Below, piece after piece: positions 50,001-63,418 of a DNA stretch of 64,000 nt. The notes below the pieces were generated by a model. It was not told where the DNA came from. It did not search any database and saw only the letters and a program-made list of their open reading frames with translations. The position numbers and the translations under genes are program-made. The stretch is from Balanoglossus misakiensis (Eukaryota > Animalia > Hemichordata): the NCBI GenBank assembly GCA_040954595.2, contig CM082581.2, forward strand, positions 11,530,286-11,594,285, given 5' to 3'. Within the stretch, counting starts at the first letter, position 1; the number at the start of each line of letters is the position of its first letter.

Positions 50001-52153
50001 ATTAAATAAGCTGGTTTCTCTGTGTTTTTGAATGGAGAAAAGAGAAATCTCCTGACAAAAATAACATCTGGAATAAAGCGTCATGTCTGTGTTAAAGTAC
50101 ATGTAATGTTCCGAATGGATAGACATTGAATACAGTCATGACAATTGAAAAGCAGCTCGTGGTCCTGGGTCCTCCCAATAGGTAAATATTGCTGACAATG
50201 CAATTGTCTGCCAAGTGTGTGCTATCAAGGTCATTCCTCATCTCAGGTCAACATCTCAGCACAAGCCAACTGATGATACTCTTTCACACAATGAGGTCGC
50301 AATGTATGACACGTCCTGAACTCTCATTTTTGCACTCACCACTTGTCGTAAATGAACCTCTTCAGAAGTTTGGAATGGATGCGAATACCTGTCGGTAAAC
50401 TACCTGAAGAGAATTTGAGACAAACTTTTGATGAGGATTGTAACATAATACATGTACTTGGAATTAAAAGCCTTTAAGCCACAGGTATACTCCTTGGTCA
50501 CTTGTCAAGTGGTTCTTTTGTAAGGCATAGATGTCTAGCAGTAACACCTGCTTTGTATCAATTGGCCTCATACCTAGATCGTAAATACAAGTAGACCTTG
50601 AATTTGCAGTTATTGAAGTAAAAGTGATTAAAACGTTGAAAAGTGAGTGTTGAGTGAGTGGTAGATCTACATCCAGTGTGGTCTTGAAAGTTAATCAAAA
50701 GATGCGTTGTGACCACTCAGTATGGTTCAAATCAACCTATAAATTGCAACGACGAATAGAATTCTTTTCAGTTTTTTTTGCCTGGTGGCTATGTCTTCTC
50801 AAATTATTTTATTTGTACTTTTGAAAGAGTTACAAATGAACTGCAGGTGTGAGTATCTGAGAATGTAGTCACATGCCTTGCGTGTTGGACCGCTGCCTTG
50901 AATCAGAGGCTGAACACTCATGCGAGCAAATGATAAGTATTAATTATCCGGTCTTCAAAGACATAACAGTCATATATGTTGTCTAGTCTGTAATACAACT
51001 CTTGTTATGTTGGCGGGGGATTTCATCCGAGGATCTAAAAATGGAAAGTTATTAATGATGGAATTTTGGCCTCTTGGTATCCATCGCTGGAAGAATGCAT
51101 GTGTATGTCAAGCTCTAGAAAATTCCTGTCGCTCTGTAAGTAAAAAAATGAATTTATTCTGAAGGATTCATGACAATTTTGTGATTTCAGGATTTTGAAT
51201 TGTTTATAATGATGTTTGATGAATTATAACGGTTCTTTCAATTGTATTTCAATGAAGAACTCTGCAAGTAAATATCAGGGCTGTTTTGCTGACATTTCAA
51301 TTTTCCCTAGTCTGCCTCTTGCAATGTCTGTCGACAGAGAATGCAGACATTTCATCAAACTCTTGGAAGGAGATTATTTGAATTTCTTTAACATATTGTA
51401 ATACATGTTCCACACCAGTGGATATTGTGGTTATTGTGGAGTGACCGTGTTGTGGTCATGCTGTGTGCTGGTGTGAGATTTACAAGTAAGATAGTTTGCC
51501 ATACTGCCCAGCTTCATATATCATCACACTATTTTTCTTTGAGCCAGTTCACCTAATATTTATCCCACCAAACTTCCAATAAAAATCCAACATCTTTTAA
51601 AGTTTGCATAGAAATTGCCAATTACTGTTTAAAGTTTGTACAGAATTGACCAATTATTTTGTTTAAAATCGAAGTGTCTCTTTTCTGTTATCAATTGCGT
51701 CTCTGAGTGACACATCATCTGAGAAGGCTAGCTTATGAGTGGTGCCAATGTTGTGTTGAAACTAGGAAGTAGACCGTTGATGATTGATTGGCGAAATTCC
51801 GTCATCTGTAACACCTTGAGATAAAAGAGACAAATGAAAGCCTAACCAGGCTGATTAATGTCTACAGTGTCAGCACAATATACATGCACAAATGAACAAA
51901 ACAAGACATTTCCATCTCAAAAGGCAGCATTCTTCTCTCAGTTATCTTCCAAACCCCCACTGCTATTTTATCGCTGGATTACAAAATATTGTTGTAGTGG
52001 TCTAATACAGTGGTAGGCTGGAAGGTCAGAGGTCATTTTAGTTGGATGGACCTTCATGCAGTTGTTGTTCTTCAGGCTAATCAAGTGAAAGAAATTGTTA
52101 GTCCCCACAGACAAAGTCTGGGATATTAAAGCCTAATAGATTGCGCTGTCTGA

Positions 52154-52194
<41 letters not shown>
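52154..52194. repeat. (CT)n microsatellite
   Basis: Direct inspection. Confidence 0.95.
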
Positions 52195-52197
<3 letters not shown>

Positions 52198-55100
52198 CGT
52201 CTGTCTGTCCATCTGGAGCCAAAGTTTGAGTCCATGCACACACAAGAAGACTGTGCAATAGTAAGACTAACATAGTTATCATTGTTGTCAGGGACATGGA
52301 TTTTGTGGCTTTTCTGAAATACTGGCAGAACATGCCGATTTCTAATTAAGTCTGTAACTATGACTTCCAGATGGAAATCTGGACAGTGTACAAAGAACAG
52401 ATCCAAATGGAGACCATTACATTTGTCTTATGACCTTGCATCAAATGAGCTCTAGGGATTAACCGAAGAATAGAACCCCTTGTTCTTCTAACCACCGATC
52501 CTGTTTGTGGATTTTCTGTCTGTTTATCTCTCACTGGTGTGATTGATGTTGTTATGGGTTTGCAACAGGAGCACATTGTTTCTCAATATTTGATATAGCT
52601 TTCTCAATTCTGGTTGGTTGGGAGGTATATAGTAGACTGAGTTCATTAACCAACTTGTCACCATTCAGGGTACATGTTTGCCAAAGGCAGAGACAGGGCT
52701 TTGAAAAATTGCCAAAAGTTGAGAGAACTTTGTCAAAGTAGTGTGTCACTTTCATCCATGAAACATTCATTGATACATAACAGTTTCTCTTAGACATCCA
52801 ACTAGAAATGGTGAGTTTAAAATTTTGGTTTTATAGTATAGTTTACGTATTGAGCCACTAAAGCTTCCATGTAGAATAGTAAAAGTTCAACTATCATTAC
52901 AAGTCACAAAGAAGAAATGTTTAAGATGTTGATAAAACTTGTAGGATTGATCTTTGTTAGTAATTGAAGACTTTGGATGAGGTTGCTGCGTTGTTCACCT
53001 ACTGAAACTGCAGTGGCTGGAATGTTTAACAACAATGCAAAATTGAACAAGCATGTAATAGATTACCTTTTGTTCTTTTTTCTGAAACAAATGTGAAATT
53101 TGTAAGTACTTAAAAATTGCATGTGCAATATGTTGTAAAACTTTATGACTAAAGGACAATTGTTGACAGTGACCCATTATGATGTGGAAGTGATTCATTG
53201 TTCATATATTTCACCTTGATGCATTTTTCCCTGTCTTTCACCCATGTTGCTCATTTGTAAACATGTACAGATATGTAAAGTATCAGCTGTAGAGGCCAAG
53301 TTTGGTTTGGCTAAGTTTACTTTTCCTATCTTGAGTTCATGATTGGAGGGCTGGGTGAATATTTGCACACAGGTATGTGCGTGGTTGACACTTTCCGAGG
53401 CCAAGGTGAGCTGGATTGTTCGTGAAGTTTAGTTGGAGGGCAGCTCTCTTTGTGGTTGTACAGTAGATGTTTGCCAAGCATGCAAGAACACTGAAAAAGC
53501 TGCTTTTCATGTGTGACTGGGAGAATGTCGTGGAATCTCAGGCCAATTCAAACTATACACAGCCATTGTGGGACTCATAGATTTGAAGAGTATTATCAGG
53601 TGAGCATCATCTCTCAAGGGAAACTTTTGCTTGAACTTTCATGTACTTGTTGGCAGAGTTGACTTGATCTTTTTTCACACGTATGTAGAGATACTAGGCT
53701 GGGCTATTTGAGATTCTGAACTATTTCAAACGAATATTGTCTGTGGTTGGTCCACTTGGTGATTGATTGATGGATGGATGTCTGCCTTGTTGAACATGAA
53801 CTATCAATGGCTTCCTTCATTTCTAATGTAATCCTAACCATCAGAGAAACAAATTGACATAGTGGTCCACCTAGCACGCTTCAGTACAGCATGACCATGA
53901 ACTCCCAGACAATCTCAAGCACTTTAATAGCTCTAGAAATAGAGTCTCAAGTTTCAAATGGTGAAAAATGCTGTATGTATTTGAAAACTATTTGTGCATG
54001 ATATGATGGCTGTGTGTTTGTTTATTTATCAGAAAAAAATTTGCAAACCAGGTAAACTTTCAAACTTCTCTTGTGTATCATCTAAATTGAACTCTATCGC
54101 TTCCATGACAACCGTTCCCAGGATCTCAGTAATTTTCCATTACAGTCATTACGGAATAGCTCAACCATCTATATTTCTTGCAAGTAACAAACAAGAAGAA
54201 GATAGAAATGGTCAAAGTGTCCCTCGGCACAATTGAACTTGGCCATGACTGTGAAAAACATCAAAGGATTGTTGATACATTGGCATGTTGTCATGAAAGC
54301 AACCGTTCATGTCATGAACGTATTCATTGTTGAATACAGTTTATTCAGAACTTGGGTTGGCCATTATCCCTTACTTTACAGAAGTTAAAAGTTCAGTGTC
54401 AATATCACCGTCAACGATTGAAGACAAAACCTCCATTTTTATGATTGGCAAGTTTGTACATGTACAGTCCCTTTTGCTCTCAAGTGTCAACTGAAATGCA
54501 GAGTCAGTTTCTTCTCACTTGGTGCCTACACAAATATTTGTCTTGAAAGTTGAGAAATGAATGCATATTTTCTAGTCTTTTGAAAAAAACAAGGCTGAAA
54601 TGCTTTCTATCTTGTAAAAAACATCAAATATAACTAAAATTTACACCAGCTATAAAATAACTTGACTGAAAAGCTTGTATTTTTGGCAATTTTGTGTCAA
54701 ACTTGTGATGACCGTGGTTGATTTTAAGATTATACTGTTTTGTTTCTTTTGAAAAGGCATTGGTGCATTGAATTGCCTTGGGCAGGCTGGTGTGTTTTGT
54801 TCTCAAAAACATGAAAGAAAGTTACTGTTGACATTGCAATTAGAGCAGATTGGTTGGGCTAGGTGACCTGTGGGAATTTGGGATCCTTGTGTTGAGGTTT
54901 TAGATGGAAGTTTAGTTCTATGGCCCGGTTATAAAATTACATCTTTAGACTTGATCAATTGGATAGGAAAGTATGAATTTGCACTGTCTGTGTTATGCTT
55001 TAGAAGCTTTTTGATCCAGCGAGTACTATGTCATCAATAATGACTTATTCTGCAGAGAACTTCTTCAGCTGTGTCCCCAGCAATTTGCCACTGAAACCTG

Positions 55101-58100
55101 ACCCAGGTTTTTTTAAGTTTATCGACATAATTATTTCATAAAATGAAGACTAGATCAACAGTCTGGTGAATTAAACGGTCAACATGGGCGGCTGGAGTGT
55201 GCAGTGTAATATATACTGGTCTGAATGGCCTCAGAATGGTGACACGTCGTAGTGGTCAGTGGTCCGAATGACATGGCATAATGGTCAGTGGGAAAACCTG
55301 TGAGTAGAGATCACACAATATAGAGTCTTCAAGAACTGTGGTCAGTACATTATGAAATTAAATGTAGAAGGAAATGTTCCCATAGTAACTATTATACTAG
55401 TGACATTATGACATCATTCATGGAGATGATTACCAGAATAAACTTGAATAGGCAAGTGTAACTCTATTTTATGGTTTATCCTAAAAGATTACGACTTTTT
55501 GGACGAGTAATACAATCTGCCTTGAGAAAAACTCAATGTTAGGGTTAAAGGTTAACTGTTGACTGGTCACACTTCATGCTCACAATTAATTTACATCAAC
55601 CCATTGGTCCCAGAGCTCTTTCTAATAAATATTTGCGCCATTCGTTTGTAGAACGCCTTACTGCCACACCTTCAGGAAGTACGCTCATATGATAATTTTA
55701 AAGTCAAGTTAAACATCAATATCACCAAAAATGTTACTTTTCTGTTGAAAAAGTACCGGTATTCTTCATCTGATCCATTGCTTTTAAACAGTCTGTTTCT
55801 CACAATCATGTTTTCATTTTAATAATAAGTTGTCAGATATTTGTTTGATCTTTGTAGTTTGGTGTGCTCGGAATAATGACTGCTTTATCAATGACTGCAT
55901 TTATTAAAAAAAGAGACTAAAAATTCACAAAAGTCACTCATTGTGATGACTCCTGTCTCATATTTCCACACAAAGATAAACAACAGTTACTACAAATGTG
56001 CTGGCACTTGGTTATGAATGGTTCAGTTAGGACTATGTTATTTTTAGCATTTTCATCAAGTAAAGGGCCCTTACCGCTGGGTACTTTAACTTCACCAAAT
56101 GAAAGAACTCGGATGACTTTATATTTATTGATTTGCTCCTTTAAATAAATTCACCAAGTAAATTTTTACTCAATGTATTATGTTCAATATATTTGTTGAA
56201 TGTATCATCTTAATTTTTTTGTCCCGAAAAACTATTGTTTGATGAATCAATCAGTATTATAGACTCTTATTAGACATTGTCTGTGATATGTGTGACAAAT
56301 ATGTTATGCCCAGACTTTTCATGCATAACATATTGGGTGCTGGCTCGAGATCTCTTTGAATAAAGGTTGGACAGGGATTGAAGTAACAACACTGCATTGA
56401 CCTGGAAGTTAGGGTTAGCATTTTTGAATTGAAGTCTTTCAGTCAGCAAAAGCCCCAAAACAAACATCGCAGACTTATTATCATGCAAAGCACACATTCT
56501 ATATAGGTACATATACAAGCTGTTGTCCTTAATTTCGTGTGACTATGTTGGCCGAGTTAAAAACAAGAAATAAAACATATATATAAGTCAAGAGATATTT
56601 TGATCACATCTTTTATTTGTTCCATAGTTACTTTTGCGTTATTAAGTTAAATTGTGTGATTTGGTGTAGCTGGTATGGTCCCTGATTGCAAAAAGTAAAA
56701 CATTATGAACAAAATGTTATAAAACTTGTTTTATCCTTAACCTAAAGAAGCAAATATATAATTTTATATAGCTGTGAATGGTTGAGATGACCTAACTGGA
56801 CCCTATATCAGCTTTTGTAGAATTTACCAATCATCTCATTTGCATGGTCAGTAATACTAACCTAAGGTGCTAATTTGACGGATCATTTAGCGTGTATGCC
56901 GCGCTGGTGATAATTTCCACTTCCTTAAGGAGTTCAGATCAAAGGTAACGCTCACTATGAGAAAGGTAGTTGAGTCGTAAGCATTCGTATTCTTCATAGT
57001 CTGTTGATGAGGCTGTGTTGCTGTCATCAAAATCATTCACAATTTACATAGATGATACATTTCCGGATAAGTTTTACGTGATACGTCATCCGCAGTGGTT
57101 TTGGTGAAGGTTTTGTTTGGCTTTCTTCATCAGGATGGAGACTTTGCACAAGGTATGTTTTGAGGGCATGTCTGGATGCATCTGCAAAGAAAAGAGGGGT
57201 GATTGTTTGCATACTTTCTTCTGTTTAGTTTGGTTTGGTTTTCCTTTTCTTTAGTTTGGATTGCATTCAATCCTTTCAGTACTTGAGGTCATGCCCTGAT
57301 GTCAACCATAATCGCATGGTTGAAATGGGGTGAAACTTTACCTGCTGGAAAATTCTAACGCGACAAAACAATTTGTCATCAAAAAATAAACGACTGTCTC
57401 CTTTATACCCCTGAAAAGTGACAAAAGTCAACATTTCTATACAATCTGATAACAACCATGTTAGATGTATAGTTGGTGTGATCTTTGCATTTGCTAGTTC
57501 TTTGCTGTTCTGGTCTAGGATGTAAATATCGAGCCAACTCTACGTCTTATTTTCATCAGATTACATTTCTACAGAGAGTGCTTAGTGTGCGATAAGGTAA
57601 AAATTCTTAAACAACTTTCAGGTTTGAATAATAACTATGAGATCACTGCGTATTTATGTACACAACAATGGTCCTCCGCAGCACTTGTTAAACGTCATTT
57701 TACGACACGTTGGACCATTACAAATTTGATGATTCTGTCCTGTGTTTTCTCCCTTTTGTGGTACCCAGTGACGAGCTTTTCAAATTACCAGTAGATATAG
57801 TAAAACCACACTTTGAGTGGATTCAATTCACTGATTATCATATCAATGTCCTTGCTAGTCAGTATTGTTCCATGTCGATTTTATTTTGTTTTGTCTCTAT
57901 TAGTATTAAGTAAGATACAGTTAGTACCTAATTAATCTTGATCATTAAGAATATAACCGTACTATGGACATTCTTGAAGTAGCATGAACAAGCAAATCTT
58001 GTAATAATCTTTTGATGTGTTTCCAAATTGTTTTTCGATCTTAATTTTACGACTGATTACTGAAAAAGATGTCCATAAAATAATTCAACCAAGTAACCAA

Positions 58101-58259
58101 TAGTTAGTCTAAATATTCCAGAATAGTGTTTACCAGCACAGGTGGTTTCAAATAAAATGGTGTGATAAAATAATTATTTCTCTAACATAAAGAAACAACA
58201 TGGCTTCATGCTTTGAATGTGGATTTGGGGAGACTATGTTTGTGCAAACCTCACCAAGA

Positions 58260-58412
58260 CAGTGTTTTTGCTAAGGAAGAGATTGTTGATTGATTTGGGA
58301 ATCCCAGTAACACTTCTGTTACTGGTGAATATATACCCAAGGGGAAATCTGGTAAAATGACTGGGGAATTCCAGTAACATTTACCTGGGTACCGCCCTTA
58401 ACAAAAACACTG
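58260..58412. mobile_element. 153-bp MITE with 17-bp TIRs
   Basis: cagtgtttttgctaagg and ccttaacaaaaacactg (1 mismatch), flanked on both sides by caaga, with an internal repeat gggaatYccagtaaca. Confidence 0.75.
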
Positions 58413-59337
58413 CAAGAGTAATTGTTATTCTACGCTGGCTGAAGTCAGTGTCCACAGGTTGAAAGGAGCTATTCGCCTGCTTTGATAATAAATTAAACTC
58501 GCTGAAACACTAGAAAGTCTCTTTGACCGCTTTGTTCACAACAAAAGGAAACCACCGCTGAGCTGTGGCAATGTTGGTTAACGTTAAGTGATTCCTGTAG
58601 AGTGAGATATGTTTCCACGTCTCAGTGTAGTAATCAATATGGATTGTATGCAAAGGTACACAAAATGTAGAAAAAGATCGTATTAGGACCTACATGGTTG
58701 GTTGGGCTGTTGAAAGTGGTAGTAACGACCTACATGGTTGGGCTATTGATTGTCAGGTCTCCGTGGACAGAGAGGGGCAGTAAAAACAAAAAGGTGTAAT
58801 TTTAGAGAGGAAGGAAGCAAGTCTGAAGGCCGGTACACCAGAAATGTGAAAAATATCCGTTCGAACAAACTACACCTGCTCTTGTAGTAAACTTGACTGT
58901 TCCCATTGTTTCACCTAGTAAAGTAATGTTTCCATAGTAACTGACATGTAGGTCAGCCCAAATATGCCTACTTCTTTTCTTTGTACAATGTATAAAATAA
59001 CAAGAGCTTGTCATGATGTATTACTACAAGGAAAGTGACATTGTTAGATTTTATTAAATTTTACCTTTGCAACTAAAACAGAATGACCTTTGTTGAGCAA
59101 AACAGATAAGAGTAGAGCAGGGGAACTGTTCTTCAAAATGTACAAATTCATTACAAACCAAGTATGCTTTTCTATAAATTGTGTGCATGAATTTTTGAAG
59201 AATGCCGATGGGGAAATCCATAGATTTGAAAGAAACTGAAGTAGCAATTTACTAATTGAATGTCATCTGTTATTGTTTCGACAGAAATCCATCACATGTG
59301 ATGTCATCCCACTAGCCTGCAGCATTTCTGTGTTACC

Positions 59338-62300
59338 ATGGCAACATGCAATGGGAGAAGGCTTGTTGAAGCCAAGCAACTAAGTAACTACAACTCCATA
59401 ATACAGCATTCATCATACGAGTCACCTCTATCAAGCACCATGGGTAGTGTCAGCAGTTTGTTGAACGACAGTGGTTATCGAGGAAGCAGTACCTATCAGA
59501 ATGGTGGGAGTGTATCGGCTGACAAGGACTGCCCAGTTTATGAGGACCTGGAACTTGGACCGCCAGAAATTACTCCAGTTAGTGGCAAGTTAGAAAAGGT
59601 CAGTGTGGATGATCACTGTAGAAGCAGAACCAAGTCCCATTTTAATGTCAGAATTAACTGATATTGTAAATGAGCGTCTAAGCACAGTTACTAGAAATAC
59701 AGCCAAAAGATGAAGTGAAATATTTTATTATTGAACAAACCAATTTAGGTTTCACTTATGTTGGAGGCTGTAACAAATTTCATTTTGAAAATTGTTGGAT
59801 GTGTTGTTGCTAGAAACACCGTGAAGACAAATAGAGAAGAAATATTTGGTGGATAAAAAAAAAATCAATATTCCACATTGTGCTTTGGTGAACGGGCTGT
59901 GCATGAATTCAATTAGAGTCTCCACTCTGTTTAATCTGTGAAAAAATTATCATTGCGTTTTCAAGCTTAGAGTAGGATATTCAAATTTTCTGTTGATTTG
60001 ATCAATGAATAACCCAAATGAGTATTGAATGGTGTTTGGACATGTGTTTGGACAGATGAAAATAAACACCTCCTACTTATCCAATTAGCCTCTCCATAGG
60101 GCATCCCATCAAATATTTTTCAAATTTACATACTATCTGCATATCAATGGCTGACCACATTACGCATGGGCGAACATTATTATAATATTTGAAATTCGAG
60201 CAGATAAGTATAAACGCCATATGTGCTCAGACGCATGTAGCATATTTATAATATACGCTGCTGGTTGACATGTCTGCCGTTCTCATTTATTACGACTAGA
60301 ATAAAGAGAAAAGGTTGATTAAACCAATCGCCGTCCATCCGATAACACCGATCAAGAGAGGGCCGACAACCCCGCCTAACAAGAGAGGACCTGCAACACC
60401 AGATAACATCGCTGGTCTGCCCAGAGTTCCAGATGTCGTGTCAGGAGCAGAGATCTACAGGGATAACATTTCACCAAGCGGAACACAGTACGCACCTGCA
60501 CGCTCGCGTTCGGGAGGCACCCACTATGCCCCAGCTCGCTCGTACCCAATAAAATCGCAATCGCTACAGGATATTAAGTATGTGAACTCAGGCAAAAGAT
60601 CTAGCATTTCATCAGTGAACCAGCTGGGCGAACTGAAACCGTCTCTGAAGAGAGCTCCCTTCTCGCAGTCTCTGAACCAACTCAATTTCAACTACAATCA
60701 CAGCCACTCACAACTTAATGGTCTCAAGGGACTGGACTACCGACGTGTCAGTCGGACAAGCCAGTCCAGCCACAACTCCGACCAGGGCAAAAACCTTCCG
60801 TCATCGGTGCCAATGCAGGATCTCCGCCGGCACAGTAATGCCAGTGTTGCTTCCGGCCATGTCTCAGCAGACTACAGAACAAACAATATGCAAGGGGATA
60901 CATCATCTCATGTCTCATCACATGTGTCTTCACGAGTGGTTATGGAAGAAAATGAAATGGAAACCATATATGACCTGAAGAGGAAAATACAGGTAAATTC
61001 CCACTTGCTTTTCCCCCTTCAATATTGCTACCAATTGTCATTTTTATTTTCTGAATAAGACCAGGACATGTGTGGGGTGATATGTTTTGATATTTATTAG
61101 ACCGTAAAGAGCTTTCTATTCGTGAAGCCAAATGTAAAATTGCACATGAGAACAGCCATGATGATAATGATAACCTTGAAATATAGAGACCCTAACAGAT
61201 GATGCAAAGGTACATGTACATCTCTCATAGTTCAATGTCATATCAATCTATTCTGAGTTCAGTGTCATGTCGTGTGAATGGTGTCAAAGAGACGCACTCC
61301 TGTGTTTACTGACTGCACATATTTATCCAAAAACAAACCCCTATAATTTTCATCTTGACAGGAAAGCTACTTGCAAACATTTCAGATGTCTGAGTGAGAC
61401 TCCTCGAAGTCTGGAAGTTAATCCGGCTGCTCTGTAAAATTCCTTTTAAAATACAAATATTTGTCCTTGAATCCTCAGGATGAGTTCATTAAGCGGGACT
61501 GACACGCATCCTATTTATATTTTGCAACTGGAAAGTGCTGATCGCACAAACACAAATACATCATTTTTTATTGGCAGTAGTCAGCCATCTACTGTTGCAG
61601 TGGTTTTGTATACAACTCTAGTGTATGGTATATTATTACCACATTGAGCATGTTTACATGCAGGAAACTTTTAACACTCCACTTTAGAGTGTTATCCTGG
61701 TGTAAACTTTTACCATCTGTTGACACATGTTAGTTTGACAAATGACACATAATTATTTACTGTTGGCTTGTGGGAGTCAGTTATGTGCGGACTTGCAGAT
61801 CCGCAGTTAGAATTTCATCATCAGTTTGCATTAATCCAGTAGGCCAAGTCGGGTTACTCAATGACACTGGTTTGAACTCTTGAAAGTGACACTTCTACTC
61901 ATGTTTCATCAATCCTTAGTCTCCAATTTCCAATATCATACTTCCACATTTTTAACACACAAAGATGCTTATACCTATCCATGAGAGCTGTCAAACTGTT
62001 CCCTGCGAATGTCTGTCATTTTGCATTCCTTCAGATCGGCTTAAAGTGAATTCCTTAGGTGTAACAGCTGCTGCCTATTTCTGGAATATACATCAGGATG
62101 ATGTACATTATATATGCTGCAATGTGTATACATGTACCTCCCAGGCCTATCCGTTTTAAGTTTAAGAGACTTTAACTAAGTACCTGGCTGTTAATAAAGA
62201 AATGGGGGTAACTAAGATCTAACCTATCAGATCAGAAAATAGGAAAGGAAATCTTGAAAAGCATTATGCAATAATACTAAATTTCAGTAATTACAACTTT

Positions 62301-63160
62301 CCTGAAGTCATTTTTCAACCGTTTAATGTTGTATTTGTAGTTTAAGTAGCTCTCCTTGGCCTTATCTTAACTATGACCCTTCCAGGCTTTCGGTGTCAAT
62401 TTTTATGGTTGTTGTAATCCATCAACTGGTTTCTATGGGCAAGTTGTGGTTTTTGTGGCAGGGTTCTTCAACTGGATTTAATTAGCCAAGTTGTGGCTGG
62501 TTTCGGGAGGCCAGTCATTGGGTGGTATCTCCACGGTGATGACATTTAGATGTCAGTGGATAGTCAACTTTTACTGCAAGTATTGGACATTTGAAACCAT
62601 GTTATACAGAAGAATGAAAATCATTCACCTCTAGTGACAGAGTCGACCTTTCAACAGTTGCAACAAATGAAATGATTGTTTTCCAGGATGTTGTCGTTAG
62701 CAACCAGAAACACGGAGAGACAAATCTAAATCTCCCCCTGCTATATCCTCTGCAAAATCAAATTTTTCACTAACAGTCTCAACATCAGGCGTCTGAAGAT
62801 TATCTTTGTGTCTATACTGCAGCTGTGTTTGCAATTTGTAGAATAATATAATAAGAGAACTACCAAGCAAATTGTTAGTTTTGACTGGAAAAATTGTATG
62901 CACATTGGGGACAGATTGTCTGAAAGATTGTAGGCCTCTAAACCTCTCAGTTCATCATTTTATCTGATTGAATATGTTTGCAGGAGCAAGAATCACAGAT
63001 TGCATTGCTGAGGCATACTATGGAGAAAAATGAGCAAATCATCTTCAAAGTTTACGAGGAGAAACAGCAGAATTGGGATGATGAGATGGAAGAAATGCGG
63101 GAAGATTTGAAAGAAGCTGAAGATAAGATGTATAACATGGAGCAGAGTCTCAGAAGACAG
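59338..63160 (+). CDS. LZTS2: LZTS / N4BP3 (Fezzin) family protein, 5' coding exons 59338-59598, 60300-60992, 62984-63160; continues past the right edge
   Basis: MGSVSSLL, PPEITPVSGKLEK|NKEKRLIKPIAVHP and EQESQIALLRHTMEKNEQIIFKVYEEKQQ match conserved LZTS1/2/3/N4BP3 blocks. Probably a single co-orthologue. Confidence 0.85.
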
Positions 63161-63263
63161 GTACTCTCAAATATTTATTTATGCATGTATGTATATGTGT
63201 ATACGATGTATACGGTTCGACTGATCCCATACAAAGTTCTCGATACTAGTGGAGCAGAATATG

Positions 63264-63418
63264 AAGTAAGGGTAGCTGGAGAAACGATAGGCGGTATAAT
63301 CTCTACAATATTGTTTCGCGCGTCACTGGACTCACTTGTCAGTCTCCTGATGAGTGAGTCCAGTGACTCATGAAACAAGAAGATATACCACCAACCATTT
63401 CTCCAGCTACCCTAACTT
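63264..63418. mobile_element. Inverted repeat carrying two degenerate minimal type I hammerhead ribozyme motifs (Penelope-like element pLTR remnant)
   Basis: Plus strand: tctc-CTGATGA-gtgagtc-cagt-gactcat-GAAAC (63343-63376). Minus strand: CTGACAA-gtgagtc-cagt-gacgcgc-GAAAC-aatatt-GTA-gaga (63342-63300). The flanks tatacc..tttctccagctaccct.actt are shared by both arms. Confidence 0.75.

Noticed and set aside
42840-59247. Many 60-100 aa ORFs in the TBC1D 3'UTR and LZTS 5' introns
   Set aside because: Lengths and composition are as expected by chance in AT-rich non-coding DNA, and some derive from microsatellites.
62978-63373. 131-aa ORF as a complete LZTS terminal exon
   Set aside because: LZTS similarity stops at the donor at 63161. 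The remainder is intronic read-through into the hammerhead-bearing repeat.
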